Origin: Aeromonadaceae bacterium
GTDB lineage: Bacteria > Pseudomonadota > Gammaproteobacteria > Enterobacterales > Aeromonadaceae
NCBI GenBank assembly: GCA_051645725.1
Contig: JBOFBS010000172.1
Location: forward strand, 1 to 45,540
Direction: 5' to 3'
DNA length: 45,540 nt
Shown here: in pieces, positions 28,888-38,740 of the stretch
Layout of the letters: every line of letters starts with the position of its first letter
Numbering within the stretch: position 1 is the first letter of the stretch
Program-made: the position numbers and the translations under genes
Notes under the pieces: generated by a model
What the model saw: the letters and a program-made list of their open reading frames with translations, nothing else
Told to the model about the DNA's origin: nothing
Databases searched by the model: none

Positions 28888-29208
28888 ATGCCAAGACCCA
28901 AGATACCGCGCCACATCTGTGGCCGACCCGCTGATAGCTGCTTTAAGCCCAATGCTCGCCCCATGAGCCAGTTAGAGCAGGTCCATCTGGCGGCTGATGA
29001 GTTTGAATCGCTGCGTCTGGTTGACTTGTTGGGGATGCAACAGCAAGAGGCGGCGGTTGCTATGGGCGTCTCTCGGCAGACACTCGCCAACGTGCTGAAG
29101 GCCGCCCGTTTTAAGGTGGTGGAGTGTCTGACTCAGGGCAAGGCTCTTATCATGCACAGAGGAGATGAGAGCCTTGAGCCGGTTGATGACGGTGAAGCTA
29201 ATCAGTAA
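28888..29208 (+). CDS. DUF134/UPF0251 HTH protein
   Basis: MPRPKIPR...FKP...DEFESLRLVD...AAVAMGVSRQT...ARFKV; AGGAG RBS. Confidence 0.9.
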   Translation: MPRPKIPRHICGRPADSCFKPNARPMSQLEQVHLAADEFESLRLVDLLGMQQQEAAVAMGVSRQTLANVLKAARFKVVECLTQGKALIMHRGDESLEPVDDGEANQ

Positions 29209-29300
29209 CTTGCCTCCAGGCCCGCTTGGCAAAGGGGGAGTCACGGATTTTATTCGTTGCAAAGGCGCAAAAATGAGCACTATTCGCGGTGATCATGCTG

Positions 29301-29429
29301 GTCAGTTAAGTGATTCCGGTGAGCGCGCCTCCCCCGCGAACTCGCCGTAAACCCTTCCGAGGGGCTCGATGGCGGCGCGCTTGCCGCCAGCGGTAGGCTC
29401 GAGAGGCGATCCCGACTTCGCTAACTGAC
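29301..29429. repeat. Intergenic inverted-repeat element, subtype A copy 1
   Basis: Ends GTCAGTTA...TAACTGAC; core CGCCGTAAACCCTTCC-GGGGCTCGATGGCGGC-TGCCGCCA shared with 38611-38740. Confidence 0.8.
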
Positions 29430-29483
29430 TTGGGTTACCACCCAAGGTGGGCATGAAATCAATTTTTTATGTTTAGGAGGGGA

Positions 29484-29837
29484 ATGATGAGAGTTTGGTT
29501 AGGGGTGGCGTGTCTCTTTTTTCTGGGGGGGCTGCAGGCCAAGGAGTGGCTCATCGATGTGCGGAGTCCCGAGGAGTTTGCCAGCTACCATGTGCCGGGG
29601 GCGGTTAACATCGAATATCAGCAGGTCGTCAGTGGCCTCCAGGCACTGGGTGTGAGCAAGCAGGAGCCTGTGCATCTCTATTGCCGCTCTGGTCGACGAG
29701 CGGAGCTGGCGCGTGAGAGTCTGCAGCAGGCCGGTTACCAACGGGTCAATAATCTGGGGTCAGTTGCGGCCGCCAAGGCTCATCAGGAGAGCAGCAAGGC
29801 GCAGGACTCCACCCAGCAGATTGAAGCCAAGGAGTGA
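29484..29837 (+). CDS. Periplasmic rhodanese (PspE-like)
   Basis: Signal peptide, IDVRSPEEF, HVPGAVNI and YCRSGRRA active loop. Confidence 0.9.
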   Translation: MMRVWLGVACLFFLGGLQAKEWLIDVRSPEEFASYHVPGAVNIEYQQVVSGLQALGVSKQEPVHLYCRSGRRAELARESLQQAGYQRVNNLGSVAAAKAHQESSKAQDSTQQIEAKE

Positions 29838-29841
29838 GGCG

Positions 29842-30672
29842 ATGCAAAGTGTCTTGTCTGACGAGCAGTTAGTCGCGTTACTGCAACAGGATGTGCCCTA
29901 TGGCGACCTCACCACAGATCTGCTGCTGGATCCCCGACAGCGGGTGACCATGCTCTTTTCGGCGCGGCAGGCGATGACGCTCTGTGCGGTTGAAGAGATG
30001 GCCAGGTTATGCACCATTCGGGGGGCCAGTGCCCAGGTGTTGGCCGACTCGGGGCAGCAGGTGGCGGCCGGTCAGGCTTTTCTGCGCGTGGTTGGGCCCT
30101 GTGCCGAGGTGTTTGCGCTCTGGAAGGCGTGTCAGATAGTGCTGGAGTGGGCCAGTGGCATAGCCAGTGCTACCCATGATCTGGTGATGGCGGCGGCCCC
30201 TGTGCCCGTGGTCTGCACCCGCAAGCAGACGCCCTTTACCAAGGCGCTCTCGGTGAAAGCGGTACGCGCCGGAGGCGGGGCGATTCATCGACTTGGCCTG
30301 TCGGAGTCCATTCTGCTCTTTGCCGAGCACAGGCAATTTCTGACGGTAGAGCCTGAGGCCATATTGCAGTTATTACAACAGCGTGCCCCCGAGCAGAGAC
30401 GAGTGGTAGAGGTGCACGATCTGGCGGATGCCCAACGCTGGGCGCGAGCCGGCGCCGAGGTGCTGCAGATGGACAAGTTCACGCCAGAGCAGGTGCGGGA
30501 GTGTGCAGATTATTGTCACCAACACGCCCTGCCCGTAGTCCTGGCGGCGGCTGGGGGCGTCACCCTGGCTAATGCCCGTGACTATGTGGCGGCCGGGGCC
30601 AAGCTGCTGGTCACCTCGGCCCCCTATCATGCCAAGCCCATGGATGTGAAGGTGACATTTTCTGCCGTCTGA
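29842..30672 (+). CDS. modD: ModD protein (NadC/QPRTase-like)
   Basis: DVPYGDLTT, SGIASAT, CTRK, HRLGLSESIL, AAGGVT. Confidence 0.88.
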   Translation: MQSVLSDEQLVALLQQDVPYGDLTTDLLLDPRQRVTMLFSARQAMTLCAVEEMARLCTIRGASAQVLADSGQQVAAGQAFLRVVGPCAEVFALWKACQIVLEWASGIASATHDLVMAAAPVPVVCTRKQTPFTKALSVKAVRAGGGAIHRLGLSESILLFAEHRQFLTVEPEAILQLLQQRAPEQRRVVEVHDLADAQRWARAGAEVLQMDKFTPEQVRECADYCHQHALPVVLAAAGGVTLANARDYVAAGAKLLVTSAPYHAKPMDVKVTFSAV

Positions 30673-30703
30673 GCCTGTTGCCCCTCATATGAAGCTCGGC
30701 TCT

Positions 30704-33700
30704 TTAGTTCGGTTGATCCAGTTCCAACAGCAGCAGGGCGGCCGCGAAATCAAAGCTTTCGATGGCACTGCCTATCTGTTTGAGGCGCTCTGCCGGGAAG
30801 AGATGGATAAGCTCAGGTTGTAGTCTGGCAAACAGCTCTTCGGCAGCAAAATTCTGTTCACGCAGCAGACGCTTAAGCTGTTGCAATTGACGGGGTGTCT
30901 CGATTTGACACTGTGCGTTGGGCACAGGCGGAAGCAGCGGCATGGTCAGTTGATGCTTGGCATTCAACCAGAGTTGCATATCCTCCCGCAACCTATGTAG
31001 CCGTTCGCTGAAGGCGGGTTGAGCCTCGGTGAACAGTGAGTGATCCTGGCGCCGCACGGCCAGCTCCAGACGCTTGGCCTCGCTGGCCAGCAGTTGGGCG
31101 CCAAAGGTGGCCGCATGCCCCTTCAGGGTGTGCAGCATTCTGGCGGCATCTTCATGCGCCCCTTGCGTCAACAGTTTGTTGAGTCGCTCCAGCAGGGTAT
31201 CCGTCTCATGCAAGAAGGGCTCGATCAGCCGACTCAACAGCAGTTCATCCCCACCCAACTGCTGGATGAGTTGTTCTGGATTGAAACTGTCACCGCGCTC
31301 GGGTGCTTCTTGCGGCTCCGGTATCGAGTCTGGTTTGTGAGACGGGGAGGGGAGGTGCATGAGTATGCTTTGTAGCAGACGTTGTACCTCCAGGGGTTTG
31401 GCGATGACATCATTCATCCCCGACTCCAGACATTGCTGGCGTTCTGAACTCATGACTCCTGCGGTGATCGCCAGCACGGGGAGTGTCAGGTGGAGTTGGT
31501 GGCGTAAAATACGGGTCGCCGTATAGCCATCCATTACCGGCATCTGTACATCCATCAGCACCAAATCGTAGAGGTTGGCGCAGCTTTGCAGTCGATCTAC
31601 AGCCAGTTGCCCGTTTTCTACCGCATCCAGCGTGGCTCCCGCCTGTTCCAGTATGTGGCGGGCCACCAATTGATTGAGTTCGTTATCCTCAACCAGCAGC
31701 AGGTGTACCCCTTTTAGCGGTTTATCCTGGGATGTCAGCTGTGGCAGCCTGGCCAGTAATTGCATCGGACCGCCACCATGGTGGCTCTTGGCCTCTATGA
31801 CTGCGTTATGGAGTGATGAGCTGGTGGCCGGTTTGAGCAGTATGCTGTCCAGCCGTTCGGCATGAGGTTGCGCCAGCACTTTTTCGCGGTAGTAGATGGT
31901 CGTGACCAGGATGATCGGCAGAGTGGTCGGGACTGTGTCGGCCAGTATGGCAAGCAGAGTGGGGAGGTCGTGCTGGCTAACAGGCCAGCTGACGAGCAGA
32001 AGGTCGAGGCCTGCGCACAACTCGGGTGTGAGCTCGGGCAGCCGGGAGGCACACTGGAGTTGCCAGCCGAGCGTAGCCGCGGCTTGTTGCAAAGAGGTGC
32101 AGCTGTTTTGTCCCTCATCGACAAGCAGCAGTCGCAGCCCCTTCAGCTCGGTGCTGCCGCTGTAGCCCTGGATCTGCTCGGCAGCCAGTTGCAGAGGTAG
32201 GGTAAACCAGAAACAACTCCCTTCCCCCGGCTGGCTCTGCACACCGAGTGTTCCGCCCATCATATCCACCAGCCGCTTGCAGATGGCCAGCCCCAGACCT
32301 GTGCCACCGAAGCGGCGTGTAGTAGAAGAGTCGGCTTGCGTGAAGGGGGCAAAGAGTTTGGCTTGCTGCTCTAGTGATATGCCTATGCCACTATCTTTAA
32401 CCTTGAAGGTCAGCCAAGCCTGTTCGGCGGTTTGTTGCTCCAGAGTGACATGCAGGCCCACTTCCCCCTGGTTGGTAAATTTAATGGCATTACCAACGAG
32501 ATTGATGAGGATCTGTTGCAGGCGCAAATTATCCCCTATCAGTTGTCGAGGCACCTGGGGTTCGATGGAGAGGGTGAGCTCGAGGGATTTCTCGGCGGCA
32601 TTGACGGACATTATGCTGGCCAGGCTATCCATCACCTCATTGAGGTCAAACGGGCTGTTGGCTAGCTCCAGGCGACCCGCTTCGATCTTGGAAAAGTCGA
32701 GAATGTCGTTGAGTATACCGAGCAGTGAGCGACCGGATTGGGTAATCATCTGCAGATATTTTTGCTGTTGCGGCGCCAGAGGGGTATTGCCCAGTAGATG
32801 GGTGATCCCCAGCACGGCATTGAGGGGGGTTCGGATTTCGTGGCTCATGTTGGCCAGGAATTCACTCTTGGCTCGGCTGGCGCGCTCTGCTTCATCTCGA
32901 GCCAAGGCCAGGGCATTCTGGATCCGCTTTAGCTCTCCTATCTCTTTGGCGATGCCAAGGTAGCCGATGATCTTGCCCTGCGCATCCTTGATGGCGGTTA
33001 CCGCCAGTAACACAGTCAGGTGACGCCCTGACTTATGCACGTAGGTCCACTCTCTGACCTCATAGCCGCCGTGCCGGGCCCGGGCAATGAAGACATCGAA
33101 GCCATTCACTGGATAGCCCAGCTCCTGACTCAGCTCTATGCCATGGGCAATGACCTCATCTTGCAGGTGAATAATGGCGGGGGTTTCCCGGTTTATCATT
33201 TCACTGGCGGCATAGCCCAGCATGCGTTCGGCACCTGAGTTGAACAGGTTGATAGTCCCGTGGGTATCTGTGGCTATGATGGCGATTTCGCTGGCGGCAT
33301 CGATTACCCCCTGTAGCTGTTGCTGGGCGGCGATCAGCTCCTGTTCGCTACGCTTGCGTTCGCTGATATCGTGCAAGAAGCCGGTGTAGAAGGTTCCGGT
33401 TTCAACCTGGACTTCATTGATGCTCAGCTCCAGTGGGATGGCCAGGCCGCTCTTGTGACGACCGTTAACCTCTCGCCCCATTCCGAGCAAGCGCTTTTCT
33501 CCGCTTTCGGCATGATGGTGGAGATAGTCGTTGTGATGGCTGCGCTGGGGTTCTGGCATCAAGAGTGAGACATTTTTGCCTATTACCTCACCTGCTTGGT
33601 AGCCAAACATTCGCTCGGCCGCGGGGTTAAACGATTCAACAAGCCCTCTCTGGTTGATGGTGATGATGGCATCCACTGCCGAGTCGAGGATGGCCTGCAA

Positions 33701-35737
33701 CCTGGCCTGACTTTCTCGCAGGGCTTGCTCTATCTGTTTTTGAGGCGTGATATCTTGGCTCACGCCACGCAGGCGCTGGAGTTTGCCCTTCTCATCCAGT
33801 TCAACCAGAACACGGTCGTCAATCCAGATGAGGTGGCCATCGCCGCAACGGACCCGGTAGCAGTGGTTGTAGCCCCGTTTTTCTCGAAACATCTGCTGCA
33901 CCAGGCGTTCCAGTTCGGGTTTGTCCTCCTCATAGACCAGGGCGAGCCAGTTTTCGTAGCTGGCCGTTAACTCATCAGCCTGGTAGCCGATGAGCCGATA
34001 GAGTTCGTCACTCCACCACTGCTGGTTGGTTTCCACTTGCCACTCCCACGCTCCGGCACGGGCACTCTCCAGGGCGAGCTGCAGACGCCGTTCGCTGGCT
34101 TTGAGTTGGGCTTCGGCCTGCCTGCTGGCCGTGATGTCCCAGTTCATGCCAACCATGCGTCGCGTCTTTCCATGCTCATCGATCAGAGGCATGGCCGCGG
34201 CCTGGATATGATGAACCGAGCCATCGGGCCAGAGGATGCGGAATTCATATTCAAACTCCTGGCACTGCTGGATGGCTTGTTGCAATACGGCTTCGGTCGC
34301 CGCCAGGTCGTCCGGATGCACACAGTTTTGCCACATCTGATAGTTGTGTTCGCGTTCTCTCTCCGGCACTTGAAATAGCTGATACATATGCTCATCCCAG
34401 ATGAGCGTGCCATCTTGCAGATTGAAGTCCCAGATCCCCATGCGGTTGGCTCGGCAGGCCAGTTGCAAGCGCTCGTTGAGCCGGCGAATCTGCAGCTCAT
34501 CGGCTCGCCGCTCGGAGATATCATCCACATGGATGATGAGTTCATCCTCGGCGTGGTGGTTATGAAGTAAGGAGACGTTGAGCAGACAGGTCAGCTCTCT
34601 TCCCTCTTTGCTCAGATAGCGGCGCTCTGTGGTGTAGTGATCGCGAACTCCGCGCCTGAGTTCATCTAGTTGAATGCTTGCCTTTTGCCACTCTTCCGGC
34701 AGGGTCAACTCCTTGATGTTCATCTCCAGCAGTTCATCACGGCTATATCCCAGTTTGCGGCAGAGATAGGGGTTGACCTCGGTCAGCTTGCCTTCTGGTG
34801 TGCAGAGGGCGAAGCCGGTTGCCGCCAGATCCAGTATGCTCCGGAGTCGTCGTTCACTGGCGGCGATGCTCTGGCTCTTCTCTCGGGCCTCTTTTACCAG
34901 CAGCCCGACCAATTGGGCCAGCAGGGAGCAGACGGTGCCTGCGCTCCAGAAGCTGTGAATGGTGATATCGCTTATCAGGGCGGCATGGGCTAACTGCGGA
35001 ACCTGTTGATACTCCAGCAGGGCTGGGGTGAGCATCATGGTGGCGAGCGCTGTGACCCCCATGGCAAAGAGCGAGATATTCAGGGCCAGCAGAGTGAAGA
35101 GGATGGCCAGGTAGGGAAAGGGGAAGGGGATCCAGAGCAGGGTGATCACACTTATGCCAAGACAGCTGCCACCCCACAGCAGATCGCGTCGGATTGGCGA
35201 GTGGGAGCGGCCAAGTTGCAAACAGGGGAGGAGTAGCATGGCCATCCCCAGGCTGTTTTCCCACCACCAGTGAAGTGCCGGCCAAGCCGGTGAAGAGCCG
35301 CCATCCAGGCTGAGCATCAAGCCGCCGAGCAGAGCGGAGGGGGGCAGGGCCAGCAGGATCACGCGCAAGAGGGTACGCAGAGCGGTGGCAGCCTCAAGCG
35401 GCGCTGCGCCCTCTATCTGGGCATTGGGGGCTTTAAGCACCCAGAGGGCCATGCCTATCTCCAGCATGTTGATTAGAGAAAAGCCTATGGCCAGAGGGAG
35501 AGGGGTTTGGCTTAACAGGTAGGCTAACAGATTACCGAGGCCATGAGCCGTCAGTAGCCAGGGTCGGGTAAGGGGTTCGCTGCGTAGCAAGAAGGCCAGG
35601 CCTGTGGCGTTTGCGAGCCAGATATCGGCAAGCTCGTGATCTTGCAGCGAGAGTTGGATGCACAGATAAGCCAGCAGCGCACTCACCGTGGCTAGCAGTG
35701 ACCAGCGGAGTAAAAATGCGTGCTGGTTCAGGGGCAT
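30704..35737 (-). CDS. Hybrid sensor kinase MASE1-5xPAS-HisKA-HATPase-pseudoREC-REC-Hpt
   Basis: N-terminal TM region (IWLANA), five PAS/PAC repeats, MSHEIRTP, GGTGLGL, DVQMP and HTLKG. Confidence 0.93.
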   Translation of the reverse strand: MPLNQHAFLLRWSLLATVSALLAYLCIQLSLQDHELADIWLANATGLAFLLRSEPLTRPWLLTAHGLGNLLAYLLSQTPLPLAIGFSLINMLEIGMALWVLKAPNAQIEGAAPLEAATALRTLLRVILLALPPSALLGGLMLSLDGGSSPAWPALHWWWENSLGMAMLLLPCLQLGRSHSPIRRDLLWGGSCLGISVITLLWIPFPFPYLAILFTLLALNISLFAMGVTALATMMLTPALLEYQQVPQLAHAALISDITIHSFWSAGTVCSLLAQLVGLLVKEAREKSQSIAASERRLRSILDLAATGFALCTPEGKLTEVNPYLCRKLGYSRDELLEMNIKELTLPEEWQKASIQLDELRRGVRDHYTTERRYLSKEGRELTCLLNVSLLHNHHAEDELIIHVDDISERRADELQIRRLNERLQLACRANRMGIWDFNLQDGTLIWDEHMYQLFQVPEREREHNYQMWQNCVHPDDLAATEAVLQQAIQQCQEFEYEFRILWPDGSVHHIQAAAMPLIDEHGKTRRMVGMNWDITASRQAEAQLKASERRLQLALESARAGAWEWQVETNQQWWSDELYRLIGYQADELTASYENWLALVYEEDKPELERLVQQMFREKRGYNHCYRVRCGDGHLIWIDDRVLVELDEKGKLQRLRGVSQDITPQKQIEQALRESQARLQAILDSAVDAIITINQRGLVESFNPAAERMFGYQAGEVIGKNVSLLMPEPQRSHHNDYLHHHAESGEKRLLGMGREVNGRHKSGLAIPLELSINEVQVETGTFYTGFLHDISERKRSEQELIAAQQQLQGVIDAASEIAIIATDTHGTINLFNSGAERMLGYAASEMINRETPAIIHLQDEVIAHGIELSQELGYPVNGFDVFIARARHGGYEVREWTYVHKSGRHLTVLLAVTAIKDAQGKIIGYLGIAKEIGELKRIQNALALARDEAERASRAKSEFLANMSHEIRTPLNAVLGITHLLGNTPLAPQQQKYLQMITQSGRSLLGILNDILDFSKIEAGRLELANSPFDLNEVMDSLASIMSVNAAEKSLELTLSIEPQVPRQLIGDNLRLQQILINLVGNAIKFTNQGEVGLHVTLEQQTAEQAWLTFKVKDSGIGISLEQQAKLFAPFTQADSSTTRRFGGTGLGLAICKRLVDMMGGTLGVQSQPGEGSCFWFTLPLQLAAEQIQGYSGSTELKGLRLLLVDEGQNSCTSLQQAAATLGWQLQCASRLPELTPELCAGLDLLLVSWPVSQHDLPTLLAILADTVPTTLPIILVTTIYYREKVLAQPHAERLDSILLKPATSSSLHNAVIEAKSHHGGGPMQLLARLPQLTSQDKPLKGVHLLLVEDNELNQLVARHILEQAGATLDAVENGQLAVDRLQSCANLYDLVLMDVQMPVMDGYTATRILRHQLHLTLPVLAITAGVMSSERQQCLESGMNDVIAKPLEVQRLLQSILMHLPSPSHKPDSIPEPQEAPERGDSFNPEQLIQQLGGDELLLSRLIEPFLHETDTLLERLNKLLTQGAHEDAARMLHTLKGHAATFGAQLLASEAKRLELAVRRQDHSLFTEAQPAFSERLHRLREDMQLWLNAKHQLTMPLLPPVPNAQCQIETPRQLQQLKRLLREQNFAAEELFARLQPELIHLFPAERLKQIGSAIESFDFAAALLLLELDQPN

Positions 35738-35756
35738 GGGCGCTCCGTCTCATCGG

Positions 35757-36680
35757 TCAATTGGTTGGCGGTGCGAAGGCTACGACCCTATCGCGCCCCT
35801 GAGCCTTGGCGGCATAGAGCGCCTGATCCGCTTCGGCAATGAGTTGCATGGGGGAGCTTAGGGCGGAGGGGATGCAGGCGGTGACCCCTATGCTGATGCT
35901 GACGATTTCCCGGTTGACGGCACCACGGTGAGGGATGGCCAGCTCCCGGATCTGCTGGTTTAGCCATTGGCCATAACGCAGGGCATCCTCCAGGTTGGTG
36001 TTGGGCAGTATGATGGCAAACTCTTCGCCGCCGTAGCGGCAGACGGTTTCGGCTGGGCGACGGGTGACGGCAACGGCGGTATTGGCTATGGTGCGCAAGC
36101 AGTCATCGCCAGCCAGATGGCCATAACAGTCATTGAAATGCTTGAAGTGATCCACATCCAGCATGGCCAGGGCCAGCGAGCTGGCCGCTCTTTGATGGCG
36201 CCGGAATTCCACCGCCAGCATGCCATCGAAGGCTCGGCGGTTGAAGACGCCCGTCATACCATCGATATTGGCCATGTGTCTGAGTTTGTCGGCCTGCCGT
36301 TTCAGGGTCAGGTGGGTTGTGACCCGGGCTCGGACTACAGGGGGGTTGAGGGGTTTGGAGATGAAGTCCACGGCTCCGGCTTCCAGCGCCCGGATCTCGT
36401 GTTCCATGCTCTGGTGGGAGGTGACGAAGATAACGGCTGAGTCACACAGCAAGGGATCACTCTTCAAGGCCTGGCATACCTCGTAGCCATTCTTGCCTGG
36501 CATCTCTACATCCAGCAGTATCAGGTCGGGGAGCTTGTCATGGGCCATCTGCAGGGCCATGTCACCATTGGTGGCAATAAAGAGGTCGCCCATCCCGCGT
36601 AGCATGTTGCCGAGGAACTTAAGATTGGTGGGGCTATCGTCCACCAAGAGGATACGCGGTGCTAGACTGGCATGATTCAC
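35757..36680 (-). CDS. Response-regulator diguanylate cyclase (REC-GGDEF)
   Basis: ILLVDD, LLDVEMP, KP; DVDHFK and intact YGGEEF. Confidence 0.94.
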   Translation of the reverse strand: MNHASLAPRILLVDDSPTNLKFLGNMLRGMGDLFIATNGDMALQMAHDKLPDLILLDVEMPGKNGYEVCQALKSDPLLCDSAVIFVTSHQSMEHEIRALEAGAVDFISKPLNPPVVRARVTTHLTLKRQADKLRHMANIDGMTGVFNRRAFDGMLAVEFRRHQRAASSLALAMLDVDHFKHFNDCYGHLAGDDCLRTIANTAVAVTRRPAETVCRYGGEEFAIILPNTNLEDALRYGQWLNQQIRELAIPHRGAVNREIVSISIGVTACIPSALSSPMQLIAEADQALYAAKAQGRDRVVAFAPPTN

Positions 36681-36846
36681 ATTGAGCTCCTGAGAACTAC
36701 CGCTCTCTTATCTATAGGCGATGACGCAGGGAGATGCGAGGTTCACAGTGGCGATCATGGAGATGGCGCGGTTTATTCCGCACCTGAAATGAGTCAGGGT
36801 GTAGCACATATGAGTCTTTATCCAGTAAGCTAGGCGGGCTTTCACA

Positions 36847-36982
36847 CTAAGTAGCGGTTCCGACTAGTCGATCCCCTATCGCAGTGACGGGGGGCGCTAA
36901 GCTGACCCTGCCAGGGATGGGTTTACGGCGTGTCAGCCTGTGCTACCTTGTCGATGTAGCACAATCGGGAGCGGTTAGTTAG
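36847..36982. repeat. Intergenic inverted-repeat element, subtype B copy 2
   Basis: Ends CTAAGTAGCGGTTCCGA...TCGGGAGCGGTTAGTTAG; core CCAGGGATGGGTTTACGGCGT at 36911-36931. Confidence 0.75.
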
Positions 36983-37011
36983 GTTGTTTTGAATTGATGC
37001 AGAGGTTGGGT

Positions 37012-37488
37012 ATGGGAAATCGGCAGCTAATGAGCTGGATGTGTGGCGCGTTATTAGTGGCCGGCTGTGGTGAGACGCAACCTGATGGTAGCCGAGTCGA
37101 GCAGACTGAGGCATCAGGGGGGAAGACGGCCAAGGTTGAAGCCAATGTGCAGGTTCGAGTCAAACTCAGTGGCCAGGTGAGCTACCTGGAGCGCAGTGCA
37201 CTGCCGGCCGATGCGGTTCTGGAGGTGAAGCTGCTGGATGTCTCGTTGGCCGATGCACCGGCCAAGGTGTTGGCGACCCGGCGCATTTCTCCCGGGCGGC
37301 AGGTGCCTATCGATTTCACCCTGCTCTATGATCCGAGGCAAATCGTACCGAGCAACAGTTATGCGCTGCAGGCCCGTGTGCTGCAAGGGAGCCAGCTGTT
37401 ATTTATCAATACTGAGCGCTATGCCGTACTGACCCGAGGTGCTCCCAGCGACAACATAGCGATACGGGTCAATCCCGTCGTTCACTAA
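37012..37488 (+). CDS. ybaY: YbaY family lipoprotein
   Basis: Lipobox VAGC; SGQVSYLERSALP, LLDVSLADAPA and LLFINT; start 37012 chosen for GAGG RBS. Confidence 0.88.
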   Translation: MGNRQLMSWMCGALLVAGCGETQPDGSRVEQTEASGGKTAKVEANVQVRVKLSGQVSYLERSALPADAVLEVKLLDVSLADAPAKVLATRRISPGRQVPIDFTLLYDPRQIVPSNSYALQARVLQGSQLLFINTERYAVLTRGAPSDNIAIRVNPVVH

Positions 37489-37905
37489 TCCCGGCTCGGC
37501 CCCTTACCCCGGGCGGGCCCGAGTGATCCTGCGCACTTCTTATTTCTCCGCCACCAGCTTCTGGTGCAGGCGCGAACCTATGATAGGGGCGCGCACCTCT
37601 TCCCCCTCCTTACAGAGGCTGTTCATCGTTGGCCGAGGTGGTGAGATCCAGCCGTTTTCTGCTCTTGTCACCAGACTCCACCAGCGTCAGGCCCTTGTGC
37701 CATTGACTGGTGAGCAGGGCATGATTTAGTCAAAGGGGCGGGGAGAAGTAAGGGCAGGGTTAGCGGGTGGCATTGCCAGATGAGTGCGATTACGCCATGC
37801 TCATCTGGTGGTCTATTGCTACTGTTGTAGCTGTGCTGGATTAGAGTGTCAGCTGTCGTCTCTTAAAGAGTGTGTTGCGTTAGCTCATTTCGCAGGAGAG
37901 GTTAC

Positions 37906-38559
37906 ATGTCGGTATTGAAACTGGTGATAGGTAACAAGAATTACTCCTCCTGGTCGTTGCGTGGCTGGCTGGTGGCCAAGCACAGTGGCCTGGAGTTTTC
38001 CGAGATCTCCCTCGATCTCGGCTCTCCGGCGTTCAAGCAGCATGTGGCGCGTTTTTCGCCCAGCGGCAGAGTGCCGGCTTTGATTGTGGGTGAGAGTGTC
38101 ATCTGGGATTCGCTGGCCATAGCCGAGTATCTGGCCGAGTTGGTGCCTGGGCTCTGGCCCACATCGCCTCTGGCGCGAGCCAAGGCCCGGTCGGTATCGG
38201 CCGAGATGCACTCCGGCTTTCTGGCTCTGCGTCAGCAGATGCCGATGAACATGCGGGCCATAGGACGCAACGTGCTACCCACGCCAGCTTTGGAGGCGGA
38301 TATCGCACGCATCATCGCCCTTTGGCAGAGCTGCCGGCAGGAGTTCGCCGCCGATGGGCCCTGGCTCTTTGGCCGCTGGAGCATAGCCGATGCCATGTTC
38401 GCTCCCGTGGTCTCTCGTTTTCGTACCTATGGTGTCGTGGTGCCGCCGCAGCTGGCCGACTATCTGACGACTGTATTCGAGGATCCGGCGCTCGTGAGCT
38501 GGGCTCTGGCCTGTCAGGATGAGTTGACCCTGGCCAGTTCGGAGGTTGGCCTGGAGTAA
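37906..38559 (+). CDS. Glutathione S-transferase family protein
   Basis: GNKNYSSWSLR, SPSGRVP, WDSLAIAEYL and SIADAMFAPV. Confidence 0.92.
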   Translation: MSVLKLVIGNKNYSSWSLRGWLVAKHSGLEFSEISLDLGSPAFKQHVARFSPSGRVPALIVGESVIWDSLAIAEYLAELVPGLWPTSPLARAKARSVSAEMHSGFLALRQQMPMNMRAIGRNVLPTPALEADIARIIALWQSCRQEFAADGPWLFGRWSIADAMFAPVVSRFRTYGVVVPPQLADYLTTVFEDPALVSWALACQDELTLASSEVGLE

Positions 38560-38610
38560 CAGGGTCATCCTGAGCATGCAAAAAAATGGCGCCTGATGGC
38601 GCTAATGCTT

Positions 38611-38740
38611 GTCAGTTAATCAGTTAGGGAGAGCCAACCTCTCTCGCCAACGCGCCGTAAACCCTTCCCTGGGGGCTCGATGGCGGCATCCCTGCCGCCA
38701 ACGGTTGGCTCAAAAGGCTATCTCTCCCTCGCTAACTGAC
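38611..38740. repeat. Intergenic inverted-repeat element, subtype A copy 2
   Basis: GTCAGTTA...TAACTGAC ends; core CGCCGTAAACCCTTCCCTGGGGGCTCGATGGCGGCATCCCTGCCGCCA; nested inside AAAAATGGCGCC (38582-38593)...GGCGCCATTTTT (38756-38767). Confidence 0.8.

Noticed and set aside
36767-36785. GCGGTTTATTCCGC resembling the start of a type I-E CRISPR repeat
   Set aside because: Single partial occurrence, no spaced repeats and no cas genes.
36690-36990. c-di-GMP riboswitch upstream of the cyclase/kinase operon
   Set aside because: No GGCAAACC...GAAA...GGACGCAAAGC pattern on either strand; the structure belongs to the subtype B repeat.
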